Sequence record: MG655270.1 | Strand: one strand, 5' to 3' | Length of the DNA stretch: 64,000 nucleotides | Shown here: in pieces, positions 28,251 through 36,422 of the stretch | Position numbering within the stretch: position 1 is the first letter of the stretch | Layout: the number at the start of each line of letters is the position of its first letter | Translations under genes and position numbers: made by a program | The notes under the pieces: model-generated | What the model was told of the DNA's origin: nothing | The model's input: only the letters and a program-made list of their open reading frames with translations | The model's database searches: none

Positions 28251-29029
28251 TTAACGGTAACACTGAGGGGTCATGGGAATCCCTCCTTAAATGGCATTGG
28301 TTTGAAGAGCGGTCAGCCCGACGGGAGCCAATGCATTTCGTGGTTGTCGATTACGATACGGGTAGTGAAGCCAAGGCGTTTCAGCAGCTGACTGAACTGG
28401 CAGAGAAATTGGACTATGTCTCTGTTGAACGTATTGCGGCGGCTGACTTCACCCCTGCTCGTACCAGAGCGCTGAACGAGCGTGAAGGCGGGTGGCATTA
28501 TTGTCATCTGATGGGGGAGTGTCGGTATGGCCGAGGTGGGATCATCATTGGTGAGGGTGGTGGTTGGACAGGCGCGCACGGTGGTGCCGGTGATGTCGGG
28601 ATGGCTGCAACCCCTAATGATGGATCGATACTATACCAAACCGATTGCAATGATCCTGTGGTTGGCAGGCGTAAGTTTAAGACGGTGCGGGATGTCATGG
28701 AAAAGGCCAGTCCTTACGATTGGCCGGTAGAAATCTGTGTAGTGGGTAACCGGCGTGACCCAGAAGTCGTGGCATTATCCCAAGCTGTGTTCAAATCGGT
28801 GGGTAGTCGCAATATCAAAGTCACTGCCAAAACCCATCAGGAAATGATGTTTAACCAGCGCACACACCAGGTGGTTAATATCACGCCGGCGAAGTATCAA
28901 GCGGAGTTTGAAGCGGCTTACCAGGAAGCTTACATCAACGCTAACACGGTCTCGACCATGCCGGTACGCCTTGGCCCACGTGGACCGTTGCATTCGGTCT
29001 TGGCAACCCAACGCAAGAAACACTTTTAA
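28247..29029 (+). CDS. Hypothetical protein with internal Gly-rich segment
   Basis: ATGA overlap; contains GRGGIIIGEGGGWTGAHGGAG. Confidence 0.7.
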   Translation: MINGNTEGSWESLLKWHWFEERSARREPMHFVVVDYDTGSEAKAFQQLTELAEKLDYVSVERIAAADFTPARTRALNEREGGWHYCHLMGECRYGRGGIIIGEGGGWTGAHGGAGDVGMAATPNDGSILYQTDCNDPVVGRRKFKTVRDVMEKASPYDWPVEICVVGNRRDPEVVALSQAVFKSVGSRNIKVTAKTHQEMMFNQRTHQVVNITPAKYQAEFEAAYQEAYINANTVSTMPVRLGPRGPLHSVLATQRKKHF

Positions 29030-29056
29030 TCAGTTCCCCTCAACAGGAGAGTAACC

Positions 29057-29362
29057 ATGTGTAACATGCGATCGGATTGGTTTGTAGAAGACGAACCATC
29101 CATGCAGGAAAGTGATCCGCATTTCGATAACCACGCGATGGATGGCTTGATGGCAAAGATCCGTGACTTTGTTAAAGAGAGCGATGCAGCGACGTATGTG
29201 CCTCAGGCACTGTTTGGCGAAGCGGGTAAAGTCAACTTATCCAAAGTGGCAGCAGTAACCCGTCCGGTCGATCACCTCATTACCCTGAACCCAGTGGCCA
29301 ATGACGGTGATGTGTATCTGGACTTCGCGCGAGGGAAGCGGCGTGGATACAAACCCCACTGA
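29057..29362 (+). CDS. Hypothetical protein
   Basis: RBS AGGAG; ends RGKRRGYKPH. Confidence 0.65.
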   Translation: MCNMRSDWFVEDEPSMQESDPHFDNHAMDGLMAKIRDFVKESDAATYVPQALFGEAGKVNLSKVAAVTRPVDHLITLNPVANDGDVYLDFARGKRRGYKPH

Positions 29363-29573
29363 AGTTAACATCGAGCAGGCCAATCGTTATGAGGGGTCTA
29401 CCGATGATTTGGTCCAGCAAGCTAATGATCGTGGTTTTCTCCAGGGGATTCGTATCACTTCTGGCGAGGACATCGATCCAAGCATTTGGACACCTGAGAA
29501 GATCGAAAAGTTGAAAGCTGCACTTCGACATATTCGTGACTCAGAACAACGCATCAAAGGTAGCCAGGGGTAA
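29301..29573 (+). CDS. Hypothetical protein (true start probably GTG 29343)
   Basis: Ends at the hairpin 29562-29591; GAGGG lies upstream of GTG 29343. Confidence 0.55.
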   Translation: MTVMCIWTSREGSGVDTNPTEVNIEQANRYEGSTDDLVQQANDRGFLQGIRITSGEDIDPSIWTPEKIEKLKAALRHIRDSEQRIKGSQG

Positions 29574-29591
29574 CACCCTGGCTTTATGCCG
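29562..29591 (+). terminator. Hairpin + TTATGCCG element
   Basis: AGCCAGGG-GTAACA-CCCTGGCT-TTATGCCG. Confidence 0.7.
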
Positions 29592-29611
29592 GTTTAACGA
29601 GGACGTGTAAC

Positions 29612-30067
29612 ATGGAATCGAGCGGTTTGATTACGCTGGCAATGGTCTTTTTAACCTTCGTCATTGGGTTATGTTGTTGGCTGACGCGTTTCATACGCTA
29701 TCACACCAACCGCTACACCGTTGACACCAAGAAGGCGTTAAAGCAATTTGCCTGTAAGCTTGAAAGAGTACTGGATGTCCCGCAGCCGTATTCGCTGGCA
29801 CAAAGCGAAATGACAAGGCTGGATAATGAACTGAACGCTTCTCTCTTCCTCTTTGAAGAGATCACAGGGAAGATCCACGATGAAACCAGTCGACTGTACC
29901 TGGAGTCAAGTTTCATGGTGGTGCGCGGCACTCAACACGATACCCCGATTCGTATCTGTGTGGCGAACACAATCTTCAGCCTGTCAACGACTAACCACAA
30001 TCACCACAGCGTCATGAAGGTCATCAACGACTTTAATAACCGCTTGGCTAAAATTGTAGAAAGTTAA
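29612..30067 (+). CDS. Hypothetical membrane-anchored protein
   Basis: RBS GAGGA; N-terminal TM (LITLAMVFLTFVIGLCCWL). Confidence 0.7.
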   Translation: MESSGLITLAMVFLTFVIGLCCWLTRFIRYHTNRYTVDTKKALKQFACKLERVLDVPQPYSLAQSEMTRLDNELNASLFLFEEITGKIHDETSRLYLESSFMVVRGTQHDTPIRICVANTIFSLSTTNHNHHSVMKVINDFNNRLAKIVES

Positions 30068-30071
30068 GCAC

Positions 30072-30104
30072 AGAAAAACTCAGACCTATATCACGCCCGT
30101 GATA
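30072..30104 (+). promoter_or_regulatory. Phage (probably early) promoter, copy 3
   Basis: AGAAAAACTCAGACCTATATCACGCCCGTGATA. Confidence 0.75.
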
Positions 30105-30142
30105 GACCCCTCAACCCCCATTAATCTTAAGTGAGTTCAATC

Positions 30143-30583
30143 ATGAAATACGTTTACACTATTATCGCTGTTCTTGGTTTCTCTTTTGTGTCTGTTGCAG
30201 TTGCTGCAGATCAAACCAAAGTGGTGAAAGGCTGGTACGCCGAATACAACACGGCTTCGGTCCTGTATTCTGCTGGGCCAAAGAAAGGACAAGAATTGAC
30301 TATGGAATGTGTATTAGGTGGTTGGACGTTTGCGTATGCAGACAAGATGGGCGAGGAAGTAAACTCGGTCGATGATGACATGACAATCCTGGTCGACGGT
30401 GCAGCGTTTGCTGTGCCGAAGACGCAGAGTCAACGTGAGAAGTTATACGCCGCCATTCAGCATGCTAAGAGTGGTATTCAATACAAAACCCACGCCTATG
30501 GTGCGTCGGTAGTATTCCCAGTGGATGGCTTGGCCGAGATGTTTCGTGACCTGCCGTTTGAAGTCAGCCCGTGCATGAGCTAA
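30143..30583 (+). CDS. Predicted secreted/periplasmic protein
   Basis: Sec-type signal MKYVYTIIAVLGFSFVSVAVAA|DQ; directly downstream of the promoter motif at 30072-30104. Confidence 0.7.
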   Translation: MKYVYTIIAVLGFSFVSVAVAADQTKVVKGWYAEYNTASVLYSAGPKKGQELTMECVLGGWTFAYADKMGEEVNSVDDDMTILVDGAAFAVPKTQSQREKLYAAIQHAKSGIQYKTHAYGASVVFPVDGLAEMFRDLPFEVSPCMS

Positions 30584-30596
30584 AAGGAAAACAATT

Positions 30597-31298
30597 GTGA
30601 TGGCCCCTACCAAACAAATTAAACGCAGCTACCGTCTGATCAAAGTGACTGCCGATGTAACACGGGATAACTGGGTCGGGAAAGATATCGACTTCATTGT
30701 TCAGCCCAATAAAGACATGATCGATGACACCACACGTGGTGGGCCTAATCGCCTGCTCGCGACATACAGCGTGCTGGGCAACCGCATACCTGTAACCGTT
30801 AACAGCCATGCGACCATTACCCGGGAAGAAGGCTTGCAGGATCTGCAGGTTAGTATCGTCGATGGTCAGTCAAACTACATTGACATCAGTAATGTGCGTT
30901 ACGTTGTGTCGTGTGAGTTAGAAGAGCACTTCACCTACACCCCACCAAAAGAACCTTCGCTACTTGATCAGCTGGTTGGCGGACCAATGGGTGACCCAAC
31001 CCATATGTTCATTATCGATGAAAACTATAACGTCTTTGTCGGCACAACGAACGATTCACAGGAAGATTATACCTTGGCTGGTCGTCTGGTCAGTAACCTC
31101 GGTTCTCATGATGCTGAAGCTAATGATTTGGAGATTATCGGCAGTTATCCTGATGACCAAGGTGACCACTACTACGTCTCCATTGACTGGAACAAGTCAT
31201 TTATTTCCGGGATTTCCAACAACGAGAAATGCGAATGGTTTAACCAACTCGATGCACTGGTAGCAATGTTGCTGGAAAAGATTAAAGTTACAGTGTAA
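30597..31298 (+). CDS. Hypothetical protein
   Basis: RBS AAGGA; 233 aa. Confidence 0.7.
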   Translation: MMAPTKQIKRSYRLIKVTADVTRDNWVGKDIDFIVQPNKDMIDDTTRGGPNRLLATYSVLGNRIPVTVNSHATITREEGLQDLQVSIVDGQSNYIDISNVRYVVSCELEEHFTYTPPKEPSLLDQLVGGPMGDPTHMFIIDENYNVFVGTTNDSQEDYTLAGRLVSNLGSHDAEANDLEIIGSYPDDQGDHYYVSIDWNKSFISGISNNEKCEWFNQLDALVAMLLEKIKVTV

Positions 31299-31410
31299 GT
31301 AATATCAGGCAGGGGGACTACTCTCTGCCTTTATTTTTTGTGGTATTCTGCCACAGAAAACTACTGGCCATACTACCAGTGGTATTCACTCAATAGACTG
31401 CGAGGAATAA

Positions 31411-31971
31411 ATGATGTTTGATAAAATTGAAGGATTGGCTGATGTGATCGAGCTGAAGTACGGCTTGCTTGATATCACCTATCACCGCGATAACGACAAA
31501 GACCTCTATGTCGATGTCTTTTATAAAGACACACGCTTGTCAAGCCGGCGTGACCTGACCGATGCCCTGGACTACGCTTATATCGGTGTGCGGTTGTGTA
31601 ACCCTCAGTTCGGTGCCTGGTGTTATGGTGCTGAGCGTGAGTTGGTCATGTCGCATTTAATGGACGCATTGAGAATGGTGGGTAAGCCTGCACCCAGGGC
31701 GGTTGAAGACTCACGGTTAAAGACAGGGATTCATCGTACCATTCAGCTGCTTGCCGAGAACGGTAACCTGCATCCGAAAGAGGATGATATCCGCATCACG
31801 ATCCATCGTGCAGCACGAGTGGACTACGGTTCAACAGATACCATCGAAACAACCATCAGCATGACCAACCACGATATTACTATTAGTAAGCGACGGATTG
31901 AGTGTGTCAGTGGTGAGATGCGGGATTTACAAGCATGGGCGCGTAAGTTATATGCGAGACACTTTGAATAA
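31411..31971 (+). CDS. Hypothetical protein
   Basis: RBS GAGGA; 186 aa. Confidence 0.7.
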   Translation: MMFDKIEGLADVIELKYGLLDITYHRDNDKDLYVDVFYKDTRLSSRRDLTDALDYAYIGVRLCNPQFGAWCYGAERELVMSHLMDALRMVGKPAPRAVEDSRLKTGIHRTIQLLAENGNLHPKEDDIRITIHRAARVDYGSTDTIETTISMTNHDITISKRRIECVSGEMRDLQAWARKLYARHFE

Positions 31972-31981
31972 CGAGGTAGCT

Positions 31982-32383
31982 ATGGGTAGTGCGTACTGTA
32001 AGGTTGTGGCAATCCACAGCATCTATGTACACAGTGCAGCGATGGAAGCGGTATCCGCTAAATACAGGAGCTGTTTTCGTTTGGCGTATAACTTCGTGAA
32101 TGCTACGCAGTTAGCCCAACAGCTACGGCTTGCCGTGAAGAACAGCGAAATCCTGATTGTCGATACCAGTGACTTTACTCGCCGGGCACTTAACAATCTT
32201 AATGAGCAGTTCTACTGCATCTATCCGGGTGAGGAACAACATTCCGATATGTCAGTCAAGCATCAGCGTAACTGTCGCATGACGCCTGACTGTATTCATA
32301 TCGAAATTCAAAACCTCAGCGACTTTGAGCGCTTAAACTGGGAAGTTCGACCCGATGCAGGGTTAAGGATATCACGCCGTTAG
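31982..32383 (+). CDS. Hypothetical protein
   Basis: Start at ATG 31982 after GAGG; ends before the bidirectional hairpin. Confidence 0.6.
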   Translation: MGSAYCKVVAIHSIYVHSAAMEAVSAKYRSCFRLAYNFVNATQLAQQLRLAVKNSEILIVDTSDFTRRALNNLNEQFYCIYPGEEQHSDMSVKHQRNCRMTPDCIHIEIQNLSDFERLNWEVRPDAGLRISRR

Positions 32384-32385
32384 AA

Positions 32386-32436
32386 CGGCATATAGGCCCT
32401 CCATTACGGAGGGCCTTTTATGACATCTTTTTTTTT
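32386..32436. terminator. Bidirectional hairpin at a convergent junction
   Basis: CGGCATAT-AGGCCCTCC-ATTAC-GGAGGGCCT-TTTATGAC followed by a T tract. Confidence 0.75.
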
Positions 32437-32447
32437 GGTTTACAGCG

Positions 32448-32825
32448 TTATACCAGGCGCTGAGTTAGCTGCGAACTATATTGAATAGCGTGATAGGTCG
32501 CAGGTTTCTCAAGCTGCTCGGTGCAGCGGTAGACCGGGGTCTTCATAAAAGGACAACCGGCATTCATTAATGCCTCACGGTTGCTGGGCGACTCATCAAC
32601 GCGAATCACCACATCCGTGGACTGGAAGCCAAAGACTTCCCGCTTCGTTGCAGTATATTCTGCATCCAGCACCACGATCTTACGGTTGATCACCAGCTTC
32701 ACGGCCACCGGGTATTTGATTACCAGGTCTGACCCTAAGCCCGCCAAGACAAACTTAATGACAAACTTCTTAAGTCCATTTAGCAACTGACTCTCACTGG
32801 CCCAACTTTTAACAATCTGCAGCAT
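32448..32825 (-). CDS. Hypothetical protein
   Basis: Last gene of the minus-strand operon; start taken at ATG 32825. Confidence 0.55.
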   Translation of the reverse strand: MLQIVKSWASESQLLNGLKKFVIKFVLAGLGSDLVIKYPVAVKLVINRKIVVLDAEYTATKREVFGFQSTDVVIRVDESPSNREALMNAGCPFMKTPVYRCTEQLEKPATYHAIQYSSQLTQRLV

Positions 32826-32900
32826 GTGTGTATTTCCACTCATATAAGGGGAAGTTAAGAAAAGCAACCTGAGGGCCCGTCCGTGATCCCTCATAATGTA

Positions 32901-33365
32901 TTACTTCATACCGTCCAACTGCTTTTGAAGTTCCTTTAACTGACGGCTTGCATCCGGCGTCTCGGCGTCATGATCTCTGATCGCTTCAATAAACGACTTC
33001 CGTTTGCAATAAGGATACTTCATCCATTTATCAAATGACAAACCAAATTTGCCCAAGATATCCGCACGCAGATATTCGAGCTCATACTTTCGATACCCAA
33101 CTAACGCCAGCGAGTCTTCCTGCTCGACCTGTAAGATTAACGAGAGCGGCGAGGTTTCCACGTTATGGTCAATAATCCCAAACGTGTCATCGTAAAGCTC
33201 TGTTAATCGAATTAGTGGATACTCCCAGTTCTCGGTAAGAAACGTGGGGTTTTCTAACGCGACATCCCAGGCATCGGACCGATCACTTTCGGACAGACCG
33301 AAATCCCAATGGATTAGATGTCGGCTTGATCGAACGTCTGATTCAGTGTATTCGTCATTAGGGTA
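32901..33365 (-). CDS. C-terminal extension frame reached by predicted -1 frameshift from the upstream gene (TAC-T/T4 gp51-like)
   Basis: The frame is open from 33413 to the stop at 32901 with no ATG before the last ~35 codons. It overlaps the U8 slippery site and contains ILGKFGLSFDKWMKYP. Confidence 0.6.
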   Translation of the reverse strand, partial: YPNDEYTESDVRSSRHLIHWDFGLSESDRSDAWDVALENPTFLTENWEYPLIRLTELYDDTFGIIDHNVETSPLSLILQVEQEDSLALVGYRKYELEYLRADILGKFGLSFDKWMKYPYCKRKSFIEAIRDHDAETPDASRQLKELQKQLDGMK

Positions 33366-34933
33366 AAAAAAACCCGTGCTACGTTCAGCGGGGTGTACGC
33401 AGGGAAGGTGTTGCTAACTAGCGGTTGACGCGCCTGGCAGTTCGGGCATTTCCAACGCGGTACTGCGACTACACCGACCGTTACCCGGTTGATGAACTTG
33501 TTCAGCTCTTCAAAGAACGGTTTACGCATATCCGGGGTTGCACTGAATTGCTTCAGCAGCAATGCCACGTCATCGGCCGACTCAACATAGTTGCCATCGT
33601 TGAACTCGATCTTAGTCACCCAGTGGGCGTAACCGCGCATGGAGGACAGCGCTGCCTGTTTGTTGATGTGCTGCTCACGCTGCTCGCGCGTCATGCTGTC
33701 GTTGAAGCTGTCGGTGATCGCTTGTTGAATGCCGTTGATCCAGGCATAACCCGCTGCATTCTTATCTTCGAGTGATGGCACCCGCAGATAGAACTTCACA
33801 TCTTTCACAGTGATGACATTGTCTTTCATCACTTCAAAGCCGGTCTGATAGGCAACGACCTGCTCAACGGTACGGCCGCTGAAGTGAGACATGTGCGCAC
33901 GCTGGGTTGGTGACAGACGATTGTTGTCAATGATCGACAGACGAGAGACGTTAACTTTCGCTGCTTCAACATGCACACACTTCTTCGGATCGGCGGCACA
34001 GGCAGTAACCATGTGGTAGCCAGACTTAAAGCGTGCGCCCAGGTAGGCGTTAGCGATCAGATCAAGATCCTGCTCTTTGATTAACGGCAGCAGGGTTTTC
34101 TTATCGGAGACACCGATGCTGCTGTCAGTGACCATACCCAGCAGGAAGTCAGTCATGTGCTTACGCACCACGACATCCAGGTTGTTAAACACCAGACCGT
34201 TGGTACGACGACCGAGGATCGCTTTCTCAGCCATGATGGCGGTTTGCATATCCACAAACTCATCATCACCGGCAATCAGCAACGTAACCCAGATACCAGA
34301 ATGTGGCAGCGGCAGATGGACATAGTCGCCCATGTTCATCACGCCACGAGCACGCATCACTGCCTGTGGACCGGTCAGCAGTTTAGTGCCTTCGGTACTG
34401 CGCTTCACTGGCGGGCGAGAAACACCCTGCACTTTGTTATTGTCGAGCAGAATACCCTGCAGCCACTGCGCACCATCTTGACGAATGGTCAGGTTCAGAC
34501 CAGAACGGTACGACAGGTTGGTGATGGCGTTACTGGCCAGGGATAGCCAGATCATCGCTTTATCAGCACCGTACAGACTGACGATCTCTTTTAAGATCTT
34601 CTTGTCTTCGGTGTTGGTGTCGATCTCATTGATCAACGCCGTCGCTGCATCGTAATCCTGATGCATGATAGACAGCACACCTTCCGTGCCGACATCCTCC
34701 ATGGAGTTCAGCTTTTCAATGATCGGGTTCTGATAGAGCGGATCGAACGCCTGCTCAACGGCTTCAGCTTCAGGTGCTTCAGCTTCGCCCTGTTGGCCGG
34801 TTTCTGCTGGCTCGGGATCGGTGCCAATAGTACCAGTAGTCGCCGGACGGCCTGGATCAACTTCAGGAATACCAGAGTGGTTTTCTTCAACAGGCTCTTG
34901 CTGTGACAGAATGGATGGGTTATCACCGGACAT
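33314..34933 (-). CDS. Baseplate hub/tail assembly chaperone-like protein (T4 gp26-like; phiKZ gp77-like)
   Basis: Acidic N-terminal extension; Cys pairs (CAADPKKC, WKCPNC); FYLRVPSL segment. Function is inferred. Confidence 0.55.
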   Translation of the reverse strand: MSGDNPSILSQQEPVEENHSGIPEVDPGRPATTGTIGTDPEPAETGQQGEAEAPEAEAVEQAFDPLYQNPIIEKLNSMEDVGTEGVLSIMHQDYDAATALINEIDTNTEDKKILKEIVSLYGADKAMIWLSLASNAITNLSYRSGLNLTIRQDGAQWLQGILLDNNKVQGVSRPPVKRSTEGTKLLTGPQAVMRARGVMNMGDYVHLPLPHSGIWVTLLIAGDDEFVDMQTAIMAEKAILGRRTNGLVFNNLDVVVRKHMTDFLLGMVTDSSIGVSDKKTLLPLIKEQDLDLIANAYLGARFKSGYHMVTACAADPKKCVHVEAAKVNVSRLSIIDNNRLSPTQRAHMSHFSGRTVEQVVAYQTGFEVMKDNVITVKDVKFYLRVPSLEDKNAAGYAWINGIQQAITDSFNDSMTREQREQHINKQAALSSMRGYAHWVTKIEFNDGNYVESADDVALLLKQFSATPDMRKPFFEELNKFINRVTVGVVAVPRWKCPNCQARQPLVSNTFPAYTPLNVARVFFTLMTNTLNQTFDQADI

Positions 34934-34950
34934 TATGCTTATCCTTACCT

Positions 34951-35418
34951 TTACTTTTTAGTGGGGTCGACCTGAACCGGGTCATTGAGTTTGCTTGCTG
35001 CGCCAGCGGCAACCGCGTTAGCATGGGCGCTGTCTGACATGGTCAGAATGGCAGCACCGTGACGTTGCATCGCATCCAGCAATTTACTCTGCAGGACGAT
35101 GTATTGTTCGTGCACACTGAGGAAGTCAGCGATGGTGCTGTCATGCAAGGCATAACCGGTTTTGCCTTGATGCTGCTGCTTGATCATCGGCAGTGTTTCA
35201 TCGATCTCTTTGACTACAGCCAGCGCCGCTTCGATGTGCGAGCTTAACGCAGAGGGGTTTGGCTGAAAGCGAATGATGTTGGTGTTGACGGCCATGAGGC
35301 AAGTGTTGCTCAGCTCATTGCGCAAATTAATCGTATAAGTTGCCGCAGAATCCAGGTACTCCCAGAACTGATCGGGCTGATGGACCTCTGGTGCGAGAGG
35401 CGGTTCATTGGTTGACAT
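34951..35418 (-). CDS. Conserved hypothetical protein
   Basis: RBS AAGGA; 155 aa; first gene of the minus-strand operon. Confidence 0.7.
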   Translation of the reverse strand: MSTNEPPLAPEVHQPDQFWEYLDSAATYTINLRNELSNTCLMAVNTNIIRFQPNPSALSSHIEAALAVVKEIDETLPMIKQQHQGKTGYALHDSTIADFLSVHEQYIVLQSKLLDAMQRHGAAILTMSDSAHANAVAAGAASKLNDPVQVDPTKK

Positions 35419-35510
35419 AACGGGTCCTTGAGGTGATTTATCTTGTGGCTTACATATATTGACACTACTAATGTCAACAATTACAACGTTTATACGGAAA
35501 AGGCACGGTC

Positions 35511-36422
35511 ATGAGTGATTTTACTGACTTAACGAAATTGAAGACCGAATTACCACAAAACATCCAAAAGATTGATGAGCAGGATGATGTGGGTGACTTC
35601 AGCGATCTTAACGACTACCTCATGACCATCATTCCGGATGAACGGCGTGAGCGCTTGATCGCGATCTGTCAAAACTTGAGCACCCTGCAATATCATCAAG
35701 TCCAGCCCGATGTGGATCGGTTACTGATGATGGCCAACGACGGTGAAGCGCCGTCGGTACTCGATGACTTGACCCGGTTGTTATTTGAACACGCTTATGA
35801 CTTAACGAAAAACATGGGCTTTAACTGGGCTGATGAGATTGAGTTTGATCAGCTGTTCCTGCTCGGTGATGTAATCGAAGGTGCCATGTTGATTGATGGC
35901 ATGGAAGACTACGGCGACCTCTCAGCGATCCTGGATGGGGATGACTCAGTTGAAGAGAAGGTGGTGGATATCTGGGGCCTGGTGCTCGACAAAGACATGC
36001 ACCATCTCTTTGAACAGATCCAGTCCATCGAACCGGCGGTGATCAGCGGGATCAAGCAAGTCACGACCCGACCGTATGCCGAAGACGATTATGCAGATGT
36101 GCAGCGCCCACTTGAGTTCGTGGTTGAGCGGTTGGTGAAAGTCCGTGAAATGATGAAGACCGATGGCATTGCTTACCAGCATGTGGCCAAGGGCGGGGCA
36201 TTAGGCGTTGAGCTCGATTCACTGATCACGCTCTACACCCCTGAGTTGAATGCCGTGACCGATCCGATCGAACTGACCGACCTGCTGGTTGCCTTTACCC
36301 TGATCAGCAACACCCCGGATGGGTTGGTGAAATCCACCGCATCCCGGTTGGCAGAAAAATGGATTGATGATATCGAAGTCATCAATGTGGTAGGTAAACA
36401 TATCGACAGGTATCCCGTGTGA
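35511..36422 (+). CDS. Conserved acidic protein (phiKZ gp79-like)
   Basis: 303 aa; overlaps the start of the vRNAP gene; synteny. Confidence 0.7.
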   Translation: MSDFTDLTKLKTELPQNIQKIDEQDDVGDFSDLNDYLMTIIPDERRERLIAICQNLSTLQYHQVQPDVDRLLMMANDGEAPSVLDDLTRLLFEHAYDLTKNMGFNWADEIEFDQLFLLGDVIEGAMLIDGMEDYGDLSAILDGDDSVEEKVVDIWGLVLDKDMHHLFEQIQSIEPAVISGIKQVTTRPYAEDDYADVQRPLEFVVERLVKVREMMKTDGIAYQHVAKGGALGVELDSLITLYTPELNAVTDPIELTDLLVAFTLISNTPDGLVKSTASRLAEKWIDDIEVINVVGKHIDRYPV

